64,000 bases of DNA from a virus (Duplodnaviria; Caudoviricetes): positions 7,021-71,020 of the IMG/VR virus record IMGVR_UViG_3300023173_000013; one strand, 5' to 3'. Below are positions 55,341 through 64,000 of this stretch, piece by piece (within the stretch, counting starts at the first letter, position 1; the number at the start of each line of letters is the position of its first letter). The notes below the pieces were generated by a model. It was not told the DNA's origin, searched no databases, and saw only the letters and a list, made by a program, of their open reading frames with translations. A program made the position numbers and the translations under genes.

Positions 55341-58300
55341 ATGTTAATCACTCAAGATCAAGCGAGAAGCGTCATCGCTAAACTCATCTACATTTCGATT
55401 TGTGGAGACTCTACAAAGACAGCATCTGAAACGACAGAGCTAAAGAGACAGCTCATTTCTTTCATTAAGACTTCTGCAATGACAAGAAAAAGACTGTCTG
55501 ACCCAGGCACTAATCTGAGTGAATGGGAGATTGGCGATCACTTTCAATCAATCATTGACTTAGTGGAAATACAATACTTTCACACTCTGCTTCTCATACG
55601 CACAGGACTTGACATTGACACTCTTAGTCAGACGGAGTTTAAAGCGATTCAGAGAACGTCTAATGGGAACAAGTTCTACAAGAAACTCGTAGAGTTTGGA
55701 TATGACAAGATTTTGTTTACGGGTACAGGGATAACAACACAACGAGATCAAGAAAGAGAAATGAAAGACTTGTATAGAAAGTCTCGTAAATCTTTCACTC
55801 TAAGTGGCTTAATCAACTATATAAAGAAGCAAAATATCAAGAGTGTCGGTGGAGATGACCCCGCTGAATTTGTCGTGAATACGATCTTAGAGGTGGTTGC
55901 AGGAGAAACAGGTGAGCAGACAGGTGATGACTACTTAAAGACACTTGGCATTTCGACTATGAGAAGAGTCACGAGTTCTCGTAGTATCTTAGCTTTCTTT
56001 ATGAATGAAGCGAGCAACTCTTATTCAAAGAGAGCATCATTGACTTCTGATGAAGAAGGCACTAAAGCAGGAGATTGGGAAAGATTTAAAGCAAAGACTG
56101 TCGCTGATCTTAAATTTGCAAAGAGAAAAATCTACGACTACACAAGAAGAAAGATGAATCAGCTCAAAGACATTTCTTTGCCCTTACTCACAATGGAAAT
56201 GGAAGATGGGATCAGTATTTACGATCAGATCACTGATCTTAGCTTTGATGGAGGCGAAGCTGAAGCATTTCTTGATGAGTACGTCAATAAAGGTCTTAAT
56301 AGCACCAAGTTAAGGACTCTAGCAAAAGACCTCTCAAGGAAACTTGATAGGGACTCCTTACAGCCTTCTGATGTCCCTAGTATCTTCGGCAGTCTTTTTG
56401 CTGATGGTATGAGTGTTAATCTTATTCGTTATGCTCTTGCTAACATTGAAGCAGTTTCTTCTGATAGAAGTGTGCAGAGAAACATGAGAGAGTTAGCGTA
56501 TAAGCGTATTTATGCTCTTGGTGGTTTAAGTCCTCGTGAAATCGGCTTACTCGATACGGAAGTAGGAGGAAATAAAGCAGTCAGAGGGCGAGCAAAAGCT
56601 TCTATGAAGAGGCTTGTTTCAAGTAGATTTGGACTAGAAGATTTGCGTCCTATGTTTACTTTATTTGACAAACATATTGGGGGGACAGAACTAGACGAGG
56701 AGAATGGTTATTCTTACTTTGTAGACACAGATCAGTACCCTCTTATTTCTGACGACTTTTGGAGTAAAGTCGTAGCTCCTGCTGAAAAAGCATTAATTCG
56801 TTTTGAGACTTTGCCTATACAGATTTCTGACAAAATAGGTATCGGTCTGCAAGCGACTATTTCTGAAGTTAATGGCTTGTTTGGTTTGATATTAAAGAGA
56901 GCAAAAAGCTTCGGAGTAGCCGAATCCCAATTTGATGATTTTGTGCTTGCTGATGTAAATTCTGATTCCATTGATCTGAACCATAACTTAGGCGAAATAG
57001 ATCATCTTCGCAAGAAGATGAAAAAAGCTTTAAGCTCGAAGAAGATCGTAAGCCACCCATTAAACTCATTAAGTTCTCTTAACTATGAAGAGGTAGACAC
57101 TAGCACTAGGGCTTCAAGTTTACACGCAGGGAACTTGACTAATGAGAGGTTAAGCACCTTTAGCAAGCTGAAGTCAGCGATGCTCAAAACCGAGCCTTAT
57201 AAGAGTGATATGGAAGACTTAGAAGCCTACAGGCTTTGGGTTCAATCCTTCTCTTTCTCTGCTGTTGAAGCGATTTCTAAGATATACTCAGGCGACTCAG
57301 GCAACTTGCTCGGAGGTAAGAAAGGTCCTAACGATGAGCAGTTAGAGGAGTTTGCGAAAGTTGTATATGAGGATCTTCAACCTCGATACAATCGTAAACC
57401 TTCTTTTAACAGAGGAGGAGAGTTTAATAGTCTTAAAGATATTGTCTCCGACATTTCCATCCTCAGTAAATTTGAGAAGGCTTTTCAAGATGTCGTTGAT
57501 TACAGCAATCAAGACCCAGATGATATTGATCGTCCTGAAATGATTAAGCGAGCAGGCGTATTTTATGACGCTTATAAGACGCTTAGTGACAATTTCTCTA
57601 CCACTTATGCTAATGGCATCAAAGCCATTTCTGAGAATAGCGAGTATGCAGATGACTTCGCAACGCTGAAGCAAAGTATCGTCAGAGAAATTGCCCTTGA
57701 GAGTCTTTCCCCTCGCAGTAGACGTGGGACAGAGAAGTTCACTTCTCAGATTAAGAGGCAAAGGGCGACAGCGACAGCTAAGTTGTCTTCTACAGCATTA
57801 AATCAAGCCCAAATTATTGAAGATGTCTTAGGTAAGGACAAAGGTGGTCCTGTTATGACCGAAGACAAGATTCAAAAAGCAATCCAAAAAGCTAAAGACG
57901 CTTGGGTGAAAGCGACTCAAAACTTAAAGTCTGAAGTAATGACAAAAGCTGAAGTTTCTACGTTCATTCAAAGCGTGAGTGGGGAGATAACTGAAGCAGA
58001 GATACAGAAGAAGTTGAAGGAATTGGAGACTGCTGGGTTCAGTACTTTTGTTGTGCAAAATGTAGGGACATACCTTGATGAAGACATTTCAATAACCAAT
58101 GATGAAAAGCGAGAGCTAACAGAGCTACTTGAGAACGCTTCTTCTCAGACAGAAAAAGTCTCAGAAAGACTCACGACAGAGGTAGAATCCTTACTTTCTC
58201 AAGGAGATTTCCTCTTGCCTGAAGCTCGTATCAACGCTTTAGAGATTTCTGACAAAGCCAAGAAAACTCTGATGAAATCTTACGAGAAATTCAGAGACGC

Positions 58301-59645
58301 TATGGCACTCGATATTCTTACAGAGTATCCTGAAAGAGAGGCTTTGAGAGCAAAGCTAGAAGCCGAAGAAAAGGGTATGGCGAAGAAAGAGGAAGCCGAG
58401 AAACTTCTTGATACTCTAAGTAAAAAGAATAAGACTGATCTGACTGCTGATGAACAGACAGAGCTTGCTCAGTTAAAGCAAGGATTACACCCTCTACAAG
58501 AGGAGAGTGCCAAGCTCATTAGTGGGACTGCTGAGGCAGGTAAGATTGCGAGAAATAGAGCAAGAATGGAGAAGAAAGAAAAGAAGCAGAGATACTCTGT
58601 CAAGGTTGATGAAATAATGAAGCAAACAGACCTAGACGTAGAGATCGCTTCACAAAAGAAAATTGAAGATGCAAAGAACATCTTGACCTCAAGAATACTT
58701 GGCGACACAGCTTCGACAGGAGCTTCATTACCAAGCCCTCTAACCTATAAGAATCAAAATATCGCTCGTGGGTTAGCTTCTGTAGCTAATGCTAAGTTAC
58801 TAAGCGATAAAAGTGTCGCTAAGAGCGTAACCTCAGCAATCGTAAAAGCTGACCCCTCAGACCTTCTTAACTTTTTAGATACCTCTCCTGAATGTTTCTC
58901 AGGGGTGAGTACGAATAAGGTGCAGGTGTCTTTGCTCAAAGGATTTGTGAAGTCCTTTAAGGAAATAGGTCGCTTCTATGACTCAAATTCAGGTTCTTCT
59001 TATACCCCGACTTTTAACTCCCCTTTTGAGGATTCTGCTTCAGGAAGAATAGCGAATTATGTGTCAGACTTTGTGGCATACATTGCAGTTTGTTGTTCTA
59101 TTGAAGTCGCAGAGCAGACGCTCCGAAACTACTACGAAGTAGATAATGGTCAGATTTACGTCAAACAATCAGCAGGTGTCTTTGACCTTTATAAGAGTGT
59201 TGGCTTCTATACAGAAGCAAGGGAATTTCTTGAAAAGAACGGATACAATGAAGGGGTTAGTAACCTTCTTAAAGGACAAGCAGGAATGACTGAAGAATCT
59301 GTTACACGTCTTGGTGAGGAATTGAGAGATCACATAAAAGGGCTTCTTGAAGACCAACTTGACACACAGATTCCGAGGTCTTACTTAAGAAGAAACCTTA
59401 TTTCAGTTGAGGTTAGTGGAGGTGAGGAGCAAGAGCCGAAAATCTCAGCCAATTTCTCTATTCAATTAGGTAACATTGGAGACAGAAGAGATGAGATTTC
59501 AAGCAACTACAAAGGGTTCCTTAATGGTCTTGTTCTTTTGGGTGGTGCTTATCTTAAAGGAGGCGAAGATGTACTTTATGAGTCTCTTGGCTTAGACCCT
59601 GACTGTGGAAATGCGTTTGCTTCTTTGGTGGAGTTAGAAAGGTAA
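55341..59645 (+). CDS. Large (1434 aa) hypothetical protein, probable virion component, with an embedded sigma-like segment
   Basis: KTAS, KTSA and KRAS motifs near the N-terminus; TTTATC upstream; directly precedes the baseplate genes. Confidence 0.6.
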   Translation: MLITQDQARSVIAKLIYISICGDSTKTASETTELKRQLISFIKTSAMTRKRLSDPGTNLSEWEIGDHFQSIIDLVEIQYFHTLLLIRTGLDIDTLSQTEFKAIQRTSNGNKFYKKLVEFGYDKILFTGTGITTQRDQEREMKDLYRKSRKSFTLSGLINYIKKQNIKSVGGDDPAEFVVNTILEVVAGETGEQTGDDYLKTLGISTMRRVTSSRSILAFFMNEASNSYSKRASLTSDEEGTKAGDWERFKAKTVADLKFAKRKIYDYTRRKMNQLKDISLPLLTMEMEDGISIYDQITDLSFDGGEAEAFLDEYVNKGLNSTKLRTLAKDLSRKLDRDSLQPSDVPSIFGSLFADGMSVNLIRYALANIEAVSSDRSVQRNMRELAYKRIYALGGLSPREIGLLDTEVGGNKAVRGRAKASMKRLVSSRFGLEDLRPMFTLFDKHIGGTELDEENGYSYFVDTDQYPLISDDFWSKVVAPAEKALIRFETLPIQISDKIGIGLQATISEVNGLFGLILKRAKSFGVAESQFDDFVLADVNSDSIDLNHNLGEIDHLRKKMKKALSSKKIVSHPLNSLSSLNYEEVDTSTRASSLHAGNLTNERLSTFSKLKSAMLKTEPYKSDMEDLEAYRLWVQSFSFSAVEAISKIYSGDSGNLLGGKKGPNDEQLEEFAKVVYEDLQPRYNRKPSFNRGGEFNSLKDIVSDISILSKFEKAFQDVVDYSNQDPDDIDRPEMIKRAGVFYDAYKTLSDNFSTTYANGIKAISENSEYADDFATLKQSIVREIALESLSPRSRRGTEKFTSQIKRQRATATAKLSSTALNQAQIIEDVLGKDKGGPVMTEDKIQKAIQKAKDAWVKATQNLKSEVMTKAEVSTFIQSVSGEITEAEIQKKLKELETAGFSTFVVQNVGTYLDEDISITNDEKRELTELLENASSQTEKVSERLTTEVESLLSQGDFLLPEARINALEISDKAKKTLMKSYEKFRDAMALDILTEYPEREALRAKLEAEEKGMAKKEEAEKLLDTLSKKNKTDLTADEQTELAQLKQGLHPLQEESAKLISGTAEAGKIARNRARMEKKEKKQRYSVKVDEIMKQTDLDVEIASQKKIEDAKNILTSRILGDTASTGASLPSPLTYKNQNIARGLASVANAKLLSDKSVAKSVTSAIVKADPSDLLNFLDTSPECFSGVSTNKVQVSLLKGFVKSFKEIGRFYDSNSGSSYTPTFNSPFEDSASGRIANYVSDFVAYIAVCCSIEVAEQTLRNYYEVDNGQIYVKQSAGVFDLYKSVGFYTEAREFLEKNGYNEGVSNLLKGQAGMTEESVTRLGEELRDHIKGLLEDQLDTQIPRSYLRRNLISVEVSGGEEQEPKISANFSIQLGNIGDRRDEISSNYKGFLNGLVLLGGAYLKGGEDVLYESLGLDPDCGNAFASLVELER

Positions 59646-59652
59646 TAGTGGC

Positions 59653-59700
59653 TTTATCTTCTCTCTCTTTCGTGAGACAACATTAAGAAAGAGAGGGAAG
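59653..59700 (+). promoter_or_regulatory. TTTATC element overlapping a 14-bp RBS-occluding hairpin
   Basis: CTTCTCTCTCTTTC (59658-59671) pairs with GAAAGAGAGGGAAG (59687-59700), with one G-U pair. Confidence 0.6.
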
Positions 59701-59701
59701 T

Positions 59702-60748
59702 ATGAGCATAGACGCTCGAATAGCTCATCTTTGCCCACACTACATAAGGTATGAGCAGGTAGAAATAATAGGAGGTCGAGAGATTATCCCTCGTTCTCCT
59801 ATTTCAGGAGAGGGCTTGCTTGATCTCAGAGTAGATGGGATTTCTATACCTAAAGAAGGATTACGCTCTGAAACCAAAGCAGTATTTCCTAGCATAGCTC
59901 CTTATCGAGTTAAGGCAGGGTTAAATGTCTTGGTAGTCGGTGGAGCAGAGGTTTCAGAAAGAGAAATAACAATCCCGCCAAAGATTTATAGGCAACAGGA
60001 TTTAGTGGACTTTTTAAACACAAGTCTTCCATTTCCTTTGAGAGCCGTAGTGTCAAACAAGAGCGTAGCGATCACAGATGACAAGCAGATAAGTAAGTTT
60101 AATCTGAGTGGGTCAGTCCTCAAGACCTTTGGGTTTAAGGGGAACTCTTTTAGAGCTTCCAAAAAGGTTTTATTTCCTTCGTGGAAACTCACAAAACAGG
60201 TGAACTTTAGGGGCTATAAAGTCCTGCTGTCTCGATCTATTTCCACAGAGGGTTTGATTGACATTTCTTATACTTGTGAGAAAGACCTGTGTCGTAGGTG
60301 TTCGGGTACAGGGGTAGAAAACGACCTTCGTTTTGACGAGCAAGGTGGGATAGAAATGATAGAGGGTTATGACTTGCTCTATCAGAAGGTAGCTAAAGTC
60401 TTATTAACGAGATTAGGGTCGAATCCATTTCATCAGTTCTATGGTTCTACGGCTATGGGCTTGATAGGGCAAAAGGTAAGTCAAGGCGTGGTATATTCAT
60501 TAAGAGAGTCAGTAAGGCGAGCTTTAGATGACTTAATTAATGTCCAAGACCAACAGAGTAGAATACAAACAATGAGCTTAGAGGAAAGAGTCAAGCAGGT
60601 AAGAAATGTAGAAGTGTCTACAATAGGAGATGATGAAACCTCTTATCTTGTAGAAGTGACGGTTGTTAGCTATTCCTATCAACCTGTCAGAATAAACTTA
60701 GTTTTCGCAGTCCCAGGCTCTATTCCACTTGATGGAGATTTAGCATGA
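59702..60748 (+). CDS. Baseplate wedge / sheath initiator (gp25-like C-terminal domain)
   Basis: DLLYQKVAKVLLTRLGSNPFHQFYGS...VRRAL...VKQVRNVEV is the gp25/W pattern, and the gene precedes the J-like gene. Confidence 0.7.
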   Translation: MSIDARIAHLCPHYIRYEQVEIIGGREIIPRSPISGEGLLDLRVDGISIPKEGLRSETKAVFPSIAPYRVKAGLNVLVVGGAEVSEREITIPPKIYRQQDLVDFLNTSLPFPLRAVVSNKSVAITDDKQISKFNLSGSVLKTFGFKGNSFRASKKVLFPSWKLTKQVNFRGYKVLLSRSISTEGLIDISYTCEKDLCRRCSGTGVENDLRFDEQGGIEMIEGYDLLYQKVAKVLLTRLGSNPFHQFYGSTAMGLIGQKVSQGVVYSLRESVRRALDDLINVQDQQSRIQTMSLEERVKQVRNVEVSTIGDDETSYLVEVTVVSYSYQPVRINLVFAVPGSIPLDGDLA

Positions 60749-63700
60749 TTTACATAACCAAACCTGACGGAGTAAGCGTCACAGGCACAACGACTTTTTC
60801 TACCTCGAACAATGAGGTATTTCTTAGAGGTTCGGTTGGGGAAGTCGGAGTTCTCAAGGTGATCTATGAGGGGGAAACTTTCAGCTCGGAAGATAGTGAT
60901 GTTCTCATCAACTTAGATAAGACTTTTGTGTTTCCGAACCCTAGTGTATTTCCTAATGGGATAGAAATAACAGACGGAGTAAACACGTTCAAGTTAGAGC
61001 TGTATGTACCTAATCAGAACCCTAGTTATGCGTCTGCGAACTTAATCTTATCGAGCGAGGTCTTGAACTTACCTGAACCTCCTGTGGGTATTTCGGTAAG
61101 AAGGGAATCTAACTCCGTAAAAATTGTATTTCCCCATGTAGATACTGAGGTGGTTTATTACACGATTTATGCGAGTTCTATTTCGGGTGGTGGAGCTGAG
61201 GGTTATAGTCAGATTAACCTTGAGCCTTTAAGTCCTGCCAAGTACGGAAATAGGTCAGAGGTTGTCGAGAAAGTCGGTGAGGTAGTCAACGATATACCGA
61301 CAGAACAAGTAGACCCTTTGATTGCTGAAGTGAGTGTTATTCAGAAAGACAATACAGTAGAGGTTTCCACAACTACTGTGGGGGAAATAGAAGTACCCGA
61401 ATCTGTGGTACGAATGAGAGTTTCTTCTGAGATACACCAAATATACCTTAGAACAGAAGTGTCCTTTCGCCACTTCAGAAATGGTACTGAAGATACATTT
61501 CCACCGACAATCTTGAGTGGTACTTTTGCGAGTCTTCCTTCATCTAGTTCGCTCTATTATATCGTGACTGCAACCAAGGTGATTGAAGGGGTTGAGGTAG
61601 AGTCTGCGTACTCTACAGAGGTGTCGGGTAAGCCTGTTCAGATTCAAGCTTCAAACACTTCAATTCCTGTGGTCACACGAGATGATCTAACTAGAAGCAT
61701 GATTACGTCTATGTACTTAGCTCAGCCTGATGTAGCCGTACAAGCAGGTAGTGTTATTCGAGACATCATCATAGACCCTATCGTTTCAGAAATGGAGCGT
61801 TCTAGGTTCTTGTTAGACTTTGCTTATCGTAGCTCTAGCTTTCTTGGGTTATTACAGATAGACGACCCTTTGAATGAGGGCAGGTCTTTACCTGTTGCAG
61901 ACAGTCAGTACAAGACAGCTTTACAATCAGCGTTATTTCTGCAAGACGAACAACAAGTCCAAGACTTAATAGACGCTAGTTTTGAGAAGCTCGCTTCTAA
62001 CTTTGGTGTTGTTAGACAAGAGTCTACACAAGCGAGGGGTGAAGTTGAGTTTTCTACATCAACCCCTCCCACGTTCAGTTTTAACATTCCTTCGGGAACT
62101 GAGGTTTCAAGTGGCTCGCAAGTATTCAATACGACAGCAAATGTCAGTATCCCACTTGAAACAGCCTCTCAGTATTACAACCCTGTGACAAAGAAGTATT
62201 CTGTCAAAGCTCCTATAGTTGCTCTTGACGGTGGTTTGGCAGGAAATATCACAACGGGTCAGATTAATACAGGTGCTCCATTAGGTTTGTCCGTGACAAA
62301 TCCTTCTCCTACTTTTGGAGGTCAAGATCGAGAAACGAACTTAGGTTTAACCACTAGGGCGTTGGGTGCTTTAAGCTCAATAGACGGAGGTACGAGGGGT
62401 GGTTATGAAAGGCTGAGTCGCTCAGTTGCAGGAGTTTCAGATTCATTCATTGTTGATTCCTCAAGTATCTTTATGAAGCGAGATAATAACTTGGGGGGTG
62501 CTGTAGACATATGGGTGAAGGGTGAAAGTCTGAGTCAAGTGACTGATGTTTTCGCCCCTTCATTTCAGTCTTCTTTTGGCTCTCGTTTTGTCCCTGTAGG
62601 TGGCTTAGGGTCTTATCGGTTTAGATCACTTGAAGCGACAGAAGATAAGCCTATCTACGAAATGATAAACAGGACTTTCTATAACTCTGACGGCTCTGTT
62701 AGAGTGCAGTATGGGCTTAGGAAATCTAACGGGGAATACTTTGACCTAACAGGGTATTCAGTAGAAGATTATCGCACCATTGCTTTAGATGATTCTCTCG
62801 TTCAGCCGAGCTATACGATAACTGAAATCCTACTAGGGGATTGGAGAAGTGATTCTTCTTCAGAAATGTTCCTCTCAAGACAGCCTGTTCGTAGTGTTTC
62901 TTCTGTTGTTTGGGAAGACGGGGCTGATGTAGAAAACTATGTCGTAAACACCAATAACGACCCTCTACTCTTAGGGGGTTCTTCAAAAGATTCTGTTTCA
63001 GTCACGCTCTCAAATGAGGATAGAAATAAGATCGTTTCCATTAGTGAGGAATCGCATACAATAGTCGGCTTTTATGAGGAACGACTTGATAAGCTAGGGG
63101 CAGACCCTCTTTCCTTAGTCGTTAAGAGTCCGACAGGAAAAGTCTATAAGAGTCCTTACGCTTCTGACCCTGATTACGACATACTAGATGATGGTGCAGG
63201 GCAGGTTTCTATAAAGCGTACAAGCACGAGCCAAATCCCTGATGGTGGGGCTTTATTTATTTCTTATGATTACCTAGAAAATGTAGTCGTCACATACACG
63301 ACAAACTTAGTTATTCAGACAGCACAGACGCTTCTTGATGAGCAAAGAAATCTAGGTGCTGATGTCGTAGTGAAAGAAATAAGAAGTGTGCCTTTGAGCA
63401 TCACAGCGACAGTCATTCTCGATGAGGGTTATGACGCTTCTGATGTGAATAGTCTATTGAGGTTTAGGCTTTCGAGCTTAATCAGATCAGAGACTATCGG
63501 TGGTTCGATTAGACCCTCAGAAGTAATCCGAGAAATAAACTCAACAGAGGGTGTTAGCCATGTGAGCTTACCTCTTACGAGAATGTCTTTTGAGGAAGGT
63601 TCTTTCATTCTTAGAGAGAGGGTAGCTGTGGCTCTTGGGGGCTACCGAGAAGTGGCGAGTTTGTCTAATGCGTCTGTCAAGGTTTGGGTGATTGATACAA

Positions 63701-64000
63701 GGCTTTTGAACACGCCTCAAAACTTGGGGGGCATGGGTGCTCGTATTTTTAAGAGAAATAAGTCTACAAGTGTAGAAACGAGCCTTACTTTATTAGATGA
63801 TGTGCAGAGAGTAGTGTCATCTAATTGGACTACAAATACAGCAAGCATTGTAGGAAATGCAGGCTTAGCAGGGTTAGATAATAGTGTCAGTAAGATTCTT
63901 GTCGGTCTTGATTTAGGTGACGACCCCTCACTCTACGACTTTGAAGTGGACTATGTAGTGGAGGATAAAGATGAAGTCATTTCTGAGGCTTCTTTAAATA
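60745..64000 (+). CDS. Baseplate wedge protein (baseplate J/gp6-like), 3'-truncated
   Basis: Manual translation from the ATG at 60745, in frame wherever checked: GSVIRDIIIDP, ARGEVEF...IPSGTEV, GGLAGNI, VTNPSPTFGGQDRET and ADVVVKEIRSVPLSITATV. Missing from the ORF track because there is no stop in the window. Confidence 0.85.
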   Translation, partial: MIYITKPDGVSVTGTTTFSTSNNEVFLRGSVGEVGVLKVIYEGETFSSEDSDVLINLDKTFVFPNPSVFPNGIEITDGVNTFKLELYVPNQNPSYASANLILSSEVLNLPEPPVGISVRRESNSVKIVFPHVDTEVVYYTIYASSISGGGAEGYSQINLEPLSPAKYGNRSEVVEKVGEVVNDIPTEQVDPLIAEVSVIQKDNTVEVSTTTVGEIEVPESVVRMRVSSEIHQIYLRTEVSFRHFRNGTEDTFPPTILSGTFASLPSSSSLYYIVTATKVIEGVEVESAYSTEVSGKPVQIQASNTSIPVVTRDDLTRSMITSMYLAQPDVAVQAGSVIRDIIIDPIVSEMERSRFLLDFAYRSSSFLGLLQIDDPLNEGRSLPVADSQYKTALQSALFLQDEQQVQDLIDASFEKLASNFGVVRQESTQARGEVEFSTSTPPTFSFNIPSGTEVSSGSQVFNTTANVSIPLETASQYYNPVTKKYSVKAPIVALDGGLAGNITTGQINTGAPLGLSVTNPSPTFGGQDRETNLGLTTRALGALSSIDGGTRGGYERLSRSVAGVSDSFIVDSSSIFMKRDNNLGGAVDIWVKGESLSQVTDVFAPSFQSSFGSRFVPVGGLGSYRFRSLEATEDKPIYEMINRTFYNSDGSVRVQYGLRKSNGEYFDLTGYSVEDYRTIALDDSLVQPSYTITEILLGDWRSDSSSEMFLSRQPVRSVSSVVWEDGADVENYVVNTNNDPLLLGGSSKDSVSVTLSNEDRNKIVSISEESHTIVGFYEERLDKLGADPLSLVVKSPTGKVYKSPYASDPDYDILDDGAGQVSIKRTSTSQIPDGGALFISYDYLENVVVTYTTNLVIQTAQTLLDEQRNLGADVVVKEIRSVPLSITATVILDEGYDASDVNSLLRFRLSSLIRSETIGGSIRPSEVIREINSTEGVSHVSLPLTRMSFEEGSFILRERVAVALGGYREVASLSNASVKVWVIDTRLLNTPQNLGGMGARIFKRNKSTSVETSLTLLDDVQRVVSSNWTTNTASIVGNAGLAGLDNSVSKILVGLDLGDDPSLYDFEVDYVVEDKDEVISEASLN

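Noticed and set aside
1363-62986. The many short antisense or overlapping ORFs in the track (e.g. 1363..1728, 4783..5187, 18092..18334, 57342..57761)
   Set aside because: They lie wholly within longer, motif-supported genes on another frame or strand and have no recognisable domain, so they are treated as shadow ORFs.
1-64000. Alternative genetic code (stop reassignment)
   Set aside because: Conserved genes (polymerase, helicases, tail) are full-length in the standard code, and TAA, TAG and TGA all end genes at sensible positions.
1-64000. tRNA/rRNA genes and host assignment
   Set aside because: No T-arm or cloverleaf signature was seen and intergenic gaps are short. The sequence alone does not identify a host.

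Overview
A 64 kb fragment of a large (probably jumbo) contractile-tailed dsDNA phage genome, read in the standard genetic code. I found no tRNA, rRNA or CRISPR array, and the host cannot be identified from this window. Layout: (i) 1227-15687 (+) tail module: tube, chaperones, tape measure, two tube-initiator paralogs, hub and spike; (ii) 16.5-23.1 kb, small genes that are probably virion cargo (C39 peptidase polyprotein, EF-hand, RyR-repeat, WGR, HAD); (iii) 23.2-33.8 kb (-) operon running from a family A DNA polymerase through a DNA-modification cassette (four amino-methyltransferases, an ABC-ATPase/GNAT fusion, a QueC-like enzyme) to an Hc1-like histone mimic; (iv) 34-46 kb, two topoisomerase IB-like paralogs, ClpP-like protease, stand-alone primase Zn domain, DnaB-like helicase, degenerate DnaC-like loader and SNF2 helicase; (v) 47-59.6 kb, membrane-helix and other probable cargo genes, NUDIX, thermonuclease, a sigma-like gene and a 1434-aa protein; (vi) 59.7-64 kb baseplate wedge genes, the last truncated. 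Two cross-gene patterns stand out. First, the unrelated modification enzymes share a C-terminal Q-x-x-[LF]-F tail that resembles a sliding-clamp-binding motif. Second, about 15 unrelated proteins share an [RK]-[VIL]-A...K-x-A leader or linker that looks like a capsid-targeting and maturation-cleavage signal. There is also a putative late-promoter motif, TTTAT[AC], that is often paired with RBS-occluding hairpins. All functional calls come from reading motifs by eye; no database searches were run.
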